39,113 nucleotides of DNA from Candidatus Uhrbacteria bacterium (GTDB taxonomy: Bacteria > Patescibacteriota > Patescibacteriia > JACQRZ01), in NCBI GenBank assembly GCA_016206235.1, contig JACQRZ010000019.1, positions 1 to 39,113 of the forward strand. Reading direction: 5' to 3'. Numbering within the stretch: the first letter of the stretch is position 1; each line of letters opens with the position of its first letter. The notes below the pieces were generated by a model. That model was given only the letters and a program-made list of their open reading frames with translations. It had not been told where the DNA came from and ran no database searches. The position numbers and the translations under genes were made by a program. Shown in pieces: positions 1 to 8,731 of this stretch.

Positions 1-16
1 CCTTTAATATGTATTT

Positions 17-44
17 GGAAATTGGAAATTAGAAATTAATAATG
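17..44. repeat. Degenerate tandem heptamer array: GGAAATT GGAAATT AGAAATT AATAATG, ending 1 nt before the pilO-like ATG
   Basis: Read directly. Units lie at 17-23, 24-30, 31-37 and 38-44. Positions 22-43 match the minus-strand sequence upstream of gpmI (10345-10366) at 21 of 22 nt. Confidence 0.8.
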
Positions 45-45
45 T

Positions 46-615
46 ATGCCCGTTGTTGACCACACAAAACAATTTCAGCTTCTAGAAAAAATTACGCCCC
101 TTCTTATCGTGTGTATTTTTGGCGTTGTGTGGGGTGTTTCGTATTACCTCTATATACAACATGAGCTTCAGCGGTACCTTTCAGGAGGTACGCTCCATCA
201 GGAAACGGTGAAGCGACAGCTTGCAGACCGCAGCTCCTATCTCGAGCGACTCAAACATTTTGCTGCACTCTACAATGAGCAGGGTACCGATCCAAAAAAC
301 GCATTTGCATCCATTGCACCTCTCAAAAAAGACATACCTTCTTTATTTCAACTGTATGAACAAATCGCATACAAGCACAATCTGGGGCTGCAATTAGTTG
401 ATATTATTGGTCAAGATGGAAGCCGCAAGGATGCTCCTGGAATTAAGGAAGTTATCATTGCACTTAAACTTACCAATGTTGATTACGAAAAAATGAAGAG
501 TTTGCTTGCCGATATTGAAACAAACGCTCGACTCACCGATGTACAGTCATTTGACTTTGACCCTGAGTCGCGCTCACTTTCTCTTAATGTGAAGATGTAC
601 TATTTTGCAAAATAA
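46..615 (+). CDS. pilO: PilO-like type IV pilus assembly protein
   Basis: 189-aa ORF with one N-terminal TM helix (ITPLLIVCIFGVVWGVSYYLYI), a coiled-coil-like segment and a C-terminal alpha/beta-like domain. It lies directly upstream of pilB. The family call is by architecture and context only. Confidence 0.5.
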   Translation: MPVVDHTKQFQLLEKITPLLIVCIFGVVWGVSYYLYIQHELQRYLSGGTLHQETVKRQLADRSSYLERLKHFAALYNEQGTDPKNAFASIAPLKKDIPSLFQLYEQIAYKHNLGLQLVDIIGQDGSRKDAPGIKEVIIALKLTNVDYEKMKSLLADIETNARLTDVQSFDFDPESRSLSLNVKMYYFAK

Positions 616-926
616 TGAGTTTTATGAAGTCATCACTTTCGCAACTCACAATAAAAAAGAATTCTCCGGTAAAAAATACGATCATGCTAGTGTGCGCAGT
701 GCTGATCGGTATCGCTGCGTATCTTATTTACGCATCGAGCATAAAATCTTTCTCGACTGGCATGGATGGAGATAGCAGTACCCCTCTTTCATTAAAGAGT
801 ATCAACTGGAACGAGACCCTCTTTTCAACGCCTGCATTTAAGGAGCTGAAAGTGATTGATGTGAGTGTTGATGCAACAGGGAAGCTCGGAAATTCAAATC
901 CATTCGAACGATTAAAAAAAGAATAG
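615..926 (+). CDS. Hypothetical membrane-anchored protein in the pilus operon
   Basis: 103-aa ORF whose start overlaps the pilO-like stop by 1 nt (TAATG). It has a single TM helix (IMLVCAVLIGIAAYLIYA) and no domain I recognise. Confidence 0.45.
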   Translation: MSFMKSSLSQLTIKKNSPVKNTIMLVCAVLIGIAAYLIYASSIKSFSTGMDGDSSTPLSLKSINWNETLFSTPAFKELKVIDVSVDATGKLGNSNPFERLKKE

Positions 927-936
927 GGTTTTAGGT

Positions 937-2655
937 ATGAATAAATTGGCTCAACTTCTCATCAATAAGGGGATGATCAAGGAAAGTGATTGGGATGTGC
1001 TCCAATCCGAGGCTGCCAAAGCACATATCCGCATTGAAGATCAGCTCGTAAAGAAAAAGATCATTTCAGAAAAAAATCTTGCCAATCTCCAAGGCGAGTT
1101 ATTTGGATTGCCATTTATTGATCTTGAAAAAGCAGATATTCCGCGCGAGATGCTCACTGTTATTCCTCAAGCAGTCGCGGAGAACTACGAGCTCGTCTTA
1201 TTTGAAAAAAAGGGACATGAAGTAAAAATCGCTCTTGTAGATCCTAGCAATTATCGTGCAATTGAAGCCATTGATTTTTGGGCAAAAAAAGAAGGGTACA
1301 AGCTCTCGCTCTATATCACGACGCTGAGTGGATATCGTAACGCCATGAAAAATTATGTTGTGGTAAAAAAAGAGGTACACGAGGCTCTTGACGTGCTTGA
1401 ACAACAGCATGCGTCCGACGCGCGCGGTAAGCGCCAGGAAAAACTCGTTGAAATTATTCGCAAAGCGCCAGTTGCAAAAATCGTTGCGCTCATGATTCAA
1501 GAAGCTGTTGATTTGAATACTTCCGATATTCACATCGAGCCGGGTTCCGCAGAGTCCCGTATCCGATTTCGCATTGATGGCATGCTGAAGACGTATCTTG
1601 CGTTTCCCACATCATTTCACACATCAATTGTATCGCGCATTAAAGTGCTTGCCGATCTGAAGATCGACGAAACGCGCATACCGCAAGATGGCCGTATTCG
1701 CATGAATATTTACGGGCAAGACATTAACTTGCGCGTCTCAACACTGCCCCTTATCGATAATGAAAAAGTGGTGATGCGTATTTTGCCGACTGCTTCAAAG
1801 GTGATCACCCTTCAAGAACTTGGTTTTTGGTCGCACGCTCTTGATGATCTCAATAGAATCATCGCCCGTCCTACAGGTGTATTACTCGTAAGCGGACCGA
1901 CAGGCTCTGGTAAATCAACAACGCTGTATTCGCTTTTGACAGCACTCAACAACGATAAGAGCAATATCACGACACTTGAAGATCCCGTTGAGTATTTTTT
2001 GAGTGGGGTCAACCAAGTGCAGATTAGCACTGAAGTAGGTTTAACGTTTGCCTCAGGTCTTCGGGCAATTTTGCGTCAGGACCCCAATATTGTGATGGTT
2101 GGTGATATCCGTGATAACGTGACAGCAGAACTTTCAACACACGCCGCTTTGACTTGTCATTTTATGCTTTCTACTATCCATGCAAAAGATGTGCTTGGCG
2201 TTATTCCACGTTTGATCGACATGCACGTTGAACCTTTTCTTATTTCTGCGGCGCTCAACACCATTATTGCACAGCGTTTAGTTCGCAAGCTGTGTGACAA
2301 GTGCAAAGAGCCTCAACAAATTCCTCAGTTGCTCGAAGCAGAGGTGCGCAAGGAACTTGACTTGATACCTCAGAAAGATGTGTTAGAAGGCATTGATCTT
2401 TCCACCCTCACTGTCTATCAAGGAAGGGGATGTGAGGCGTGCAATAAGAATGGATATAAGGGGCGGACCGTTGTTTCAGAACTCTTAGCTATGACAGAGA
2501 ACCTTACGCAGATCCTTTCAGCGAAATTTTCTCTTGAAGATCTTTCAAAAGAAATGAAGATCCAGGAAAAGATGACACTCAAGCAAGACGCAATTGTGAA
2601 AGCATTGAAAGGCCTTACGTCGATCGACGAGTTTATTCGGGTTACACGAGAGTAA
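937..2655 (+). CDS. pilB: Type IV pilus assembly (extension) ATPase PilB / GspE family
   Basis: 572 aa. It has Walker A GPTGSGKST, a Walker B region DPNIVMVGDIRD (Asp where GEIRD is usual), a His box LSTIHAKD and a tetracysteine motif CDKC...CEAC. Confidence 0.9.
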   Translation: MNKLAQLLINKGMIKESDWDVLQSEAAKAHIRIEDQLVKKKIISEKNLANLQGELFGLPFIDLEKADIPREMLTVIPQAVAENYELVLFEKKGHEVKIALVDPSNYRAIEAIDFWAKKEGYKLSLYITTLSGYRNAMKNYVVVKKEVHEALDVLEQQHASDARGKRQEKLVEIIRKAPVAKIVALMIQEAVDLNTSDIHIEPGSAESRIRFRIDGMLKTYLAFPTSFHTSIVSRIKVLADLKIDETRIPQDGRIRMNIYGQDINLRVSTLPLIDNEKVVMRILPTASKVITLQELGFWSHALDDLNRIIARPTGVLLVSGPTGSGKSTTLYSLLTALNNDKSNITTLEDPVEYFLSGVNQVQISTEVGLTFASGLRAILRQDPNIVMVGDIRDNVTAELSTHAALTCHFMLSTIHAKDVLGVIPRLIDMHVEPFLISAALNTIIAQRLVRKLCDKCKEPQQIPQLLEAEVRKELDLIPQKDVLEGIDLSTLTVYQGRGCEACNKNGYKGRTVVSELLAMTENLTQILSAKFSLEDLSKEMKIQEKMTLKQDAIVKALKGLTSIDEFIRVTRE

Positions 2656-2660
2656 CGGAG

Positions 2661-2681
2661 TTTCTAGTTTATAGTTTATAG
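2661..2681. repeat. Tandem heptamers TTTCTAG TTTATAG TTTATAG
   Basis: Read directly, just 3' of the pilB stop. It is the inverted complement of the 2705-2721 array. Confidence 0.8.
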
Positions 2682-2704
2682 AATTTGACGGAGAGAGATG
2701 GGCA

Positions 2705-2739
2705 CTATAAACTACAAACTACTCACTAAAAACTGATTG
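2705..2739. repeat. Tandem heptamers CTATAAA CTACAAA CTACTCA CTAAAAA CTGATTG, ending 1 nt before the pilT-like ATG
   Basis: Read directly. It contains the core ACTACAAACTA (2711-2721), which recurs at 17006-17016 and, reverse-complemented, at 31999-32009. Confidence 0.8.
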
Positions 2740-2740
2740 T

Positions 2741-3814
2741 ATGGATACCGCCCAAAGTCTTATCTTCAAAAGACTCCTAACCGATGCCGCAAAAAAAGAG
2801 GCATCTGATTTGCACTTAAGCGTGGGATCCCGTCCCATGATTCGCGTCGATGGCGCACTGCGTGTTATGGACGATGAAGATATGATGACGCAAGAATCAC
2901 TCAAAGGTATTGTTGACGCAGTAACAACCGATGAGCAGCGCGCAGAATTAAACACGAAAAAAGATCTTATTTTTACGACCGTTTTTGACAATCGCATTCG
3001 CGCAAAAATCCATATTTTTTTTCAAGAAGGATTTTTTACCGTATCGCTGCGCTTCTTGAGTGTGAACGTAAAAACATTGCGCGAGATGAAGTTGCCCGAA
3101 AGCCTGTTTCATTTTACGCATCTTCAAGACGGACTTGTCATTATTGGGGGAGATAATGGTTCGGGTCGAACAACGCTTGCGGCCGCTTTTCTTGAAGAGA
3201 TTAATCGTTCGAGCGTAAAACATATTCTCACAGTGGAAGATCCGATCGAGTACAATCTGGTAAGCAATAAAAGTATTGTCAATCAGCGAGAAGTTGGAAG
3301 AGACGTGCCATCAATTGAGGAGGGGTTAGTATATGCGCAAAAAGAAGACGTCGACGCAGTATTTATATGCGATCTTGGAAATGAGAGAGTTATTCGAAAG
3401 GCGCTCGAGCTTGCCGACGCCGGCATTCTCGTGTTTGTCATTATGAATACGAACTCGTCATTGACTGCAATTGAACGGATCATTTCGAGCTTTGATGAAC
3501 ATGAACAAGTATTGATTCGGGAGCTTTTGGCTCAAGTATTGCGTGGCATTATTATTCAGTCGCTCGTGCCAAAAATTGGAGGCAGTTTTGTGACGGTCCA
3601 TGAAGTGCTCTTGAATAATGCAGCGGTAAAGACGTTTATCCAGTCTAATAGACTACAACAATTGCCCCAGGTAATCAAAGCATCACGCGCGGAAGGCATG
3701 ATGAGTTTTGATCATGAACTCGCAAAATATGTGAAAGACCAAGAAGTGACAGCCGAGCAGGCACGTGAAGTCGCAAAAGACAAGCAGACACTAGAGTTAC
3801 TCCTGCACACATGA
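2741..3814 (+). CDS. pilT: PilT-like hexameric secretion-ATPase paralogue with degenerate catalytic motifs
   Basis: 357 aa, collinear with PilT (HILTVEDPIEY Asp box, QREVG). Walker A is GGDNGSGRTT (Lys to Arg). The GEMRD region reads CDLGNE. The His box TLHT reads IMNT. AIRNLIRE reads AVKTFIQS. Confidence 0.75.
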   Translation: MDTAQSLIFKRLLTDAAKKEASDLHLSVGSRPMIRVDGALRVMDDEDMMTQESLKGIVDAVTTDEQRAELNTKKDLIFTTVFDNRIRAKIHIFFQEGFFTVSLRFLSVNVKTLREMKLPESLFHFTHLQDGLVIIGGDNGSGRTTLAAAFLEEINRSSVKHILTVEDPIEYNLVSNKSIVNQREVGRDVPSIEEGLVYAQKEDVDAVFICDLGNERVIRKALELADAGILVFVIMNTNSSLTAIERIISSFDEHEQVLIRELLAQVLRGIIIQSLVPKIGGSFVTVHEVLLNNAAVKTFIQSNRLQQLPQVIKASRAEGMMSFDHELAKYVKDQEVTAEQAREVAKDKQTLELLLHT

Positions 3815-3830
3815 ATGCAGGGGTAATGAC

Positions 3831-3858
3831 CAATTTCTAATTCCCAATATCCAAATAA
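3831..3858. repeat. Heptamer-periodic array CAATTTC TAATTCC CAATATC CAAATAA (the reverse complement resembles the GGAAATT/AGAAATT family)
   Basis: Read directly, in the convergent spacer between the pilT-like gene and pyrC. Confidence 0.65.
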
Positions 3859-3895
3859 CTCTCAAATTTGAAAAGGTTAAAAGAATTTTGGTATG

Positions 3896-3923
3896 CATTG
3901 GACATTGGATATTTGAAATTATT
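3896..3923. repeat. Heptamer array CATTGGA CATTGGA TATTTGA AATTATT
   Basis: Read directly. It abuts and slightly overlaps the 3' end of pyrC. Confidence 0.65.
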
Positions 3924-4932
3924 TTGGCACAACGTGCCAATTGAGTGTTTCCCCGGCTTTGAATGGAACGACACCGCCGTATTCGAGCGGAACGGTCCAT
4001 TCTTTTTTTTCGAGAACCAGTTTTTCTTGTGAAAGCGGCAGGCCATAACATTCTGCTCCAAACTGTGAGACGAAGCTTTCCAGTTTTTCAAGTGCGTTGT
4101 TTTGCTCAAAAAGGTCTGCCAAGAGTGGCAAAGCAACCGGTGCTGTAAAAATACCAGCCATGCCAGAACTCGCCTCTTTCTTTTTTTGGGCATGTGGTGC
4201 GCTGTCCGAGCCAAAAAAGAACTTCGGATTTCCGCTCAACGCTGCCATGAGAAGTGCATTTCGATCTTTCGGCGTTTTTGCAATTGGCTTGCAAAAGTGG
4301 TGGGTTTTCAGCATTCCGCCAATAACATCGTCGAGCGTGAGGATGAGGTGATGTACGGTGATGGTGGCAGCAACCGTGTCGGGCAGCTCGGAGATGAGAC
4401 TGACTGCCGCTGCGCTTGAGACGTGCTCAAAAACAATGTTGAGTCGAGGAAAATCTGCGACACTTTTTTTGAGTATGGGAAGAAATAACTCTTCTCGCTT
4501 GAGACAGAAAACGTTCGGAGTCGGGTCTTCCCCATGAAGCAATAGGAGCATTCCACACTCTTGCATCGCCTCAACTACAGGGTAGAGGCGATTAAAATCG
4601 CTTACACCGTCGTCAGAACCTGTCGTCATATTCTTTGGATACACCTTGCCGGCAACTGTTCCAATCTTTTTTGCCTCGGCGATCATTTCGGGCGTTGTAT
4701 TGTCATTCACATACAGTGTCATGAGCGGTTCAAATGCTTCTCCTTTGAGATTCGAAAGAATGCGTGCCCGATAACTTTCTACGTCTGCCGCAGTTAAGAT
4801 TTTTGGCGAGAGATTTGGCATTACCGTAGCGCGCGCGAATTGCGCTGCGCTCAAGGGCAGGACGTTGGCGAGCATATCACCATCTCGCAGATGAAGATGA
4901 AAGTCGTCGGGTTTTCGAATCTCGAGTTGCAT
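3919..4932 (-). CDS. pyrC: Dihydroorotase, class II (E. coli PyrC type)
   Basis: 337 aa. The N-terminus MQLEIRKPDDFHLHLRDGDML matches the PyrC metal-binding HxH signature. Length and collinearity fit homodimeric class II DHOase. Confidence 0.9.
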   Translation of the reverse strand: MQLEIRKPDDFHLHLRDGDMLANVLPLSAAQFARATVMPNLSPKILTAADVESYRARILSNLKGEAFEPLMTLYVNDNTTPEMIAEAKKIGTVAGKVYPKNMTTGSDDGVSDFNRLYPVVEAMQECGMLLLLHGEDPTPNVFCLKREELFLPILKKSVADFPRLNIVFEHVSSAAAVSLISELPDTVAATITVHHLILTLDDVIGGMLKTHHFCKPIAKTPKDRNALLMAALSGNPKFFFGSDSAPHAQKKKEASSGMAGIFTAPVALPLLADLFEQNNALEKLESFVSQFGAECYGLPLSQEKLVLEKKEWTVPLEYGGVVPFKAGETLNWHVVPK

Positions 4933-4941
4933 AAATTACTT

Positions 4942-5976
4942 TTATTTCGCGTAGAGTTGATGCGCGTAATTGATAACCGATTGTACTCGCCATGGCCGTA
5001 AAAAAGTCATTGACCCAATCACGATTGCAGAAGCCCCGGCTTGATAGAGCTCGCGAACATCTTTTTTGGAAAGGACGCCGCCGCAGCCTGTGATGGGCTT
5101 GGAAAGTCCTTGCTTACGCGCGGTGCGTATCCACTCAGCAACTAAGGGCAAGAGAGGCTTGCCAGAAAGTCCGCCGCCACCGAATTGAGCAAGTGGGGAG
5201 GCAGTGGTTCCAAACAGCTTTTTCCAGTTAATTTTATCTGGCATCGTTCCCCAAGGAAGGGTGTTGGACATGCAAATTGAATCGCAGGCAGGATGATTGC
5301 TTACTTCAAGCGCTGCTGGCACGGGCATGAGAAGGTTGAATTTCAGCTCAAGCGGAATGCCGAGCTCTGAGAAGATATCAAGCAATTGACATGATTCATA
5401 AACAAGTTCATTAATGGGATGTGAGGGATTTACCCCGTTAGAGATAGCCCGCCTAAGTCCTTCGGACGCGCTAGCGCGGGCGAGATCTCTAACGGGGTGA
5501 AGTCCTACATTCGGGCACGATACGTTGATTTGCAAGCCAACCTTTCCATGAAAATCTGGCAGGTACTTTTTAAAAAGCGCTGCAAACTCCTTCGCTTCAG
5601 ATAAGCGCTCCTCAACAGTTTTACTTACTGACATGAATGAGATAAAAAAAGCGTCTGTTCGCTGCTGCCATAACCCCTTTTCAAAAAGTGTTTGTGCCCC
5701 AGGTCCGCTTAATCCGACAGCATTAAGCGCAATGCCCTTGAAGGGTTTTGCAACAATGCACTTTGGTTTAAAGTCTTTTGGCGTGATGCCGTCTTTTTTG
5801 AGAGGCATGTTTCCTGCGCGGGGATGGAGAGTTGTCGTCTTTGCAACAAATGTGCAGCCGCTGAACCGTAAACCAAGGGGTGCAAGTGGCTTATGGTAGG
5901 GATACCCTTCACCAAAAAATCCCATGCACCCAGAAGCGCCAAGCACGTGCCCAAATTCAATTCCTCGTAGTTTCAT
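4942..5976 (-). CDS. pyrD: Dihydroorotate dehydrogenase-like TIM-barrel flavoprotein (class 1-like, divergent)
   Basis: 344 aa. Motifs are GASGCMGFFGEG, LNAVGLSGPG, INVSCPNV and GGGGLSGKPLLPL...GCGGV...AGASAIVIGS. It is adjacent to pyrC. It carries an insertion after the SCPN motif relative to the class 1 enzymes I recall. Confidence 0.7.
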   Translation of the reverse strand: MKLRGIEFGHVLGASGCMGFFGEGYPYHKPLAPLGLRFSGCTFVAKTTTLHPRAGNMPLKKDGITPKDFKPKCIVAKPFKGIALNAVGLSGPGAQTLFEKGLWQQRTDAFFISFMSVSKTVEERLSEAKEFAALFKKYLPDFHGKVGLQINVSCPNVGLHPVRDLARASASEGLRRAISNGVNPSHPINELVYESCQLLDIFSELGIPLELKFNLLMPVPAALEVSNHPACDSICMSNTLPWGTMPDKINWKKLFGTTASPLAQFGGGGLSGKPLLPLVAEWIRTARKQGLSKPITGCGGVLSKKDVRELYQAGASAIVIGSMTFLRPWRVQSVINYAHQLYAK

Positions 5977-6004
5977 TACTTCAGCTTATCATGCAACCAT
6001 ACCG

Positions 6005-6033
6005 TTGCAATATCGGGCTTTTCTCGGTATGAT
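6005..6033 (+). promoter_or_regulatory. Sigma-70-type promoter TTGCAA-N17-TATGAT upstream of glyQS
   Basis: The -35 lies at 6005-6010 and the -10 at 6028-6033, with a 17-nt spacer. It places the in-frame ATGs at 6029-6037 upstream of the predicted start site, which supports a glyQS start at 6065. Confidence 0.45.
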
Positions 6034-6064
6034 GATGGGGTACAAGATTCGTAAAAGTATTGAT

Positions 6065-7348
6065 ATGGTTTCAGATATGGACAAGCTCGTTTCTCTTTGT
6101 AAGCGGCGGGGGTTTATCTTTCCTGGCAGCGAGATTTATGGCGGACTTGCAAACTCATGGGATTACGGCCCAGTTGGCGTTGAGCTGAAAAACAACATTA
6201 AACAGGCGTGGTGGAAGCGTTTTGTCGGGCTACGTAGCGATATGGTTGGCATTGACGCAGCACTCATGATGAATCCAAAAGTATGGGAAGCGTCGGGGCA
6301 CGTCGACAACTTCACCGATCCTTTAGCTGATTGCAAAAAGTGCCATCAGCGGTTTCGCGCCGACATGATTTCCGACGAGCATGCCAAAACATGCGGCGGT
6401 GAGCTGACCGAGGCGAAGTTGTTTAACTTGATGTTCAAGACGCACCTTGGTCCCGTGGAAGACGCTTCGGCCGTTGTCTACTTGCGGCCAGAGACGGCGC
6501 AAGCCATGTTCGCCGATTTTAAAAATGTCGTTGATTCAAGCAGGGTGCGTATTCCTTTTGGCATTGCTCAAATCGGTAAAGCCTTTCGCAATGAAATAAC
6601 ACCCGGAAACTTTATCTTCCGCACGCGCGAGTTCGAGCAAATGGAAATAGAGTATTTCATTAAGGAGGATCGGTGGCAGGAGCACTTCGAATACTGGTTG
6701 AACCAAATGAAAGAGTGGATGAAATTTTGCGGCTTGAGTGAAAAAAATCTCCACTTCTATGAGATTCCAGACGGGGAGCGGGCGCATTATTCCAAACGCA
6801 CTGTCGATATCGAGTATTCGTTTCCTTTTGGTATGAAGGAGCTCTATGGTATCGCCTATCGAACTGACTTCGATCTCAAGAGGCATCAAGAATATTCTGG
6901 GAAGGACTTGCGCTATACTGATCCGCAAACACAGGAAAAGTATCTCCCGCATGTGATTGAACCAACGTTTGGCGTGGACCGCACTCTATTGGCCGTGCTT
7001 TCCGAGCACTTTTATGAAGAAGAGGATCGGATCGTCTTAAAGCTGCCAACACCATTAGCACCATATAAGACGGCAGTATTCCCGTTGCTTGCCAATAAAC
7101 CCCAGCTTGTCGAGAAGGCACAGGAGTTACTATCTGATTTGAGCACAACGTATCCTATTGCATGGGATGATCGTGGTAATATTGGAAAGCGCTATTACGC
7201 ACAAGACGAGATCGGAACGCCGTTTTGTATTACGGTTGATTTTGAAACGCTTGACACCGATACCGTTACGGTTCGAGATAGAGACAGTATGAAGCAGGAA
7301 AGAATTGCAATTCATGAGCTCAAAGAGTATCTAAAAGAAAAATTATAG
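6065..7348 (+). CDS. glyQS: Glycine--tRNA ligase (dimeric class II GlyQS type)
   Basis: Conserved N-terminus MDKLVSLCKRRGFIFPGSEIYGGLANSWDYGP, with class II motifs (YLRPETAQ, FRNEITPGNFIFRTREFEQMEIE, GVDR). The ORF track starts at 5924, inside pyrD and the promoter. I prefer ATG 6065; 6077 is also possible. Confidence 0.9.
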   Translation: MVSDMDKLVSLCKRRGFIFPGSEIYGGLANSWDYGPVGVELKNNIKQAWWKRFVGLRSDMVGIDAALMMNPKVWEASGHVDNFTDPLADCKKCHQRFRADMISDEHAKTCGGELTEAKLFNLMFKTHLGPVEDASAVVYLRPETAQAMFADFKNVVDSSRVRIPFGIAQIGKAFRNEITPGNFIFRTREFEQMEIEYFIKEDRWQEHFEYWLNQMKEWMKFCGLSEKNLHFYEIPDGERAHYSKRTVDIEYSFPFGMKELYGIAYRTDFDLKRHQEYSGKDLRYTDPQTQEKYLPHVIEPTFGVDRTLLAVLSEHFYEEEDRIVLKLPTPLAPYKTAVFPLLANKPQLVEKAQELLSDLSTTYPIAWDDRGNIGKRYYAQDEIGTPFCITVDFETLDTDTVTVRDRDSMKQERIAIHELKEYLKEKL

Positions 7349-7356
7349 TCATAAAT

Positions 7357-7390
7357 GCTATATTGCTATATTGTTAAACAGCTAAACAGT
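7357..7390. repeat. Two tandem octamer pairs, GCTATATT x2 and TAAACAG(C/T) x2, followed by AACAAT reiterations
   Basis: Read directly in the glyQS/M16 spacer. Copies lie at 7357-7364 and 7365-7372, and at 7375-7382 and 7383-7390. AACAAT recurs at 7393, 7401 and 7412. Confidence 0.7.
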
Positions 7391-7426
7391 ATAACAATGT
7401 AACAATAATAAAACAATATATTTTCT

Positions 7427-8701
7427 ATGTACATCAAACATACTCTCGACAATAATGTCCGTGCCATTCTAGCACCACTGCATGACACAAAAACTGTTAC
7501 GGTGCTTGTACTTTTTGGCGTTGGATCGCGCTATGAACAAAAAAATATCAACGGCATTTCGCATTTTATTGAACACATGATGTTTAAGGGAACAAAAAAG
7601 CGGCCAACCGCGCTCTCTATCTCCAAAGAGCTCGATGCGGTTGGTGCGGAGTACAATGCCTATACTTCTAAAGATGTAACAGGATATTGGATTAAAATTG
7701 ACCATGAAAAGTTGCCGCTCGCGCTCGATTTGGTTTCGGATATGCTCTACAACTCAAAGTTCGACGCGAAAGAAATCGAACGTGAAAAAAAGGTTATTTG
7801 CGAAGAGCTTCATATGTATCGCGATAACCCGATTATGTATGTTGATACGCTCCTCGAAAAAATCATGTTTGAACCCTCCCCGCTCGGCTGGGATATTGGA
7901 GGAGAAGATGACATTATCCTCGGCATGAAGCGAAACGATATGGTTCGCTTTCGCGATTCGCACTATCACGGAGAAAATGTCGTTGTTGGCATTGCTGGAA
8001 ATTTTGACGAGAAAAAAGGCCTTGATCTTATTGCCAAGTCATTTGGCAACCCCATGGAAAAGGGTGTTCACGCAAATGTGTTTAAACCGTTCAAATACAC
8101 GCTTTCCAAAAAACCAAAGATGATCGTTCACTTTAAGGAGACCGAACAAGTCCAGCTTGATATGGGATTTCATGCCTATGGGTACGGCGACAAGCAGTGC
8201 CATGCAGCAGCCATGTTGAGTAACATCCTGGGCGCTGGAATGAGTTCGCGGCTTTTTATTCAAGTTCGAGAGCGATTAGGGCTCTGTTATTCAATCCGTG
8301 CAAGTCACCAATCTTTCCATGATACCGGCGTTTTTTCGGTGCAGGCGGGATTGAATAAAGTTCGAATCCATGAAGCAATCGCCGTTATCTTAAAAGAGCT
8401 AGCAAAGATCCGAGACAATGGGATAACGGCAGGCGAACTCAAGCGAGCAAAGGATAATACCAAAGGACGCATGGCCATTCAATTTGAAGATTCTGAAAAT
8501 GTTGTGTCGTGGTATGTGACTCAAGAAGTGCTTAAGAAAAAAATTGATACGCCAGAAGAACGGTTGAAAAAAATATACGCTGTCACGAAAGAAGACGTAC
8601 AACGAGTGGCAAAAGCTCTCTTTCAAACAAACAAGATCCATCTCGCTCTTATTGGTCCTTATAAAGATCAAAAAGAGTTCTTATCGCTTTTAAAAATATA
8701 G
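7427..8701 (+). CDS. M16 family (pitrilysin/insulinase-like) zinc peptidase
   Basis: 424 aa with the inverted zinc motif HFIEH (HxxEH) and a downstream acidic EREKKVICEE segment. Confidence 0.85.
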   Translation: MYIKHTLDNNVRAILAPLHDTKTVTVLVLFGVGSRYEQKNINGISHFIEHMMFKGTKKRPTALSISKELDAVGAEYNAYTSKDVTGYWIKIDHEKLPLALDLVSDMLYNSKFDAKEIEREKKVICEELHMYRDNPIMYVDTLLEKIMFEPSPLGWDIGGEDDIILGMKRNDMVRFRDSHYHGENVVVGIAGNFDEKKGLDLIAKSFGNPMEKGVHANVFKPFKYTLSKKPKMIVHFKETEQVQLDMGFHAYGYGDKQCHAAAMLSNILGAGMSSRLFIQVRERLGLCYSIRASHQSFHDTGVFSVQAGLNKVRIHEAIAVILKELAKIRDNGITAGELKRAKDNTKGRMAIQFEDSENVVSWYVTQEVLKKKIDTPEERLKKIYAVTKEDVQRVAKALFQTNKIHLALIGPYKDQKEFLSLLKI

Positions 8702-8731
8702 ATTGCGCCGAAAACGACGGGCAAAGGCGAA

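Noticed and set aside
5924-6064. N-terminal extensions in the ORF track for glyQS (5924), gdh (13192), parA (16154), parB (16958), murD (22680), ftsW (24205), the HEPN gene (36526) and the small ORF (35812)
   Set aside because: The extensions overlap upstream genes, promoters or heptamer arrays, often use GTG or TTG, and precede the conserved family N-termini. Internal ATGs were chosen instead.
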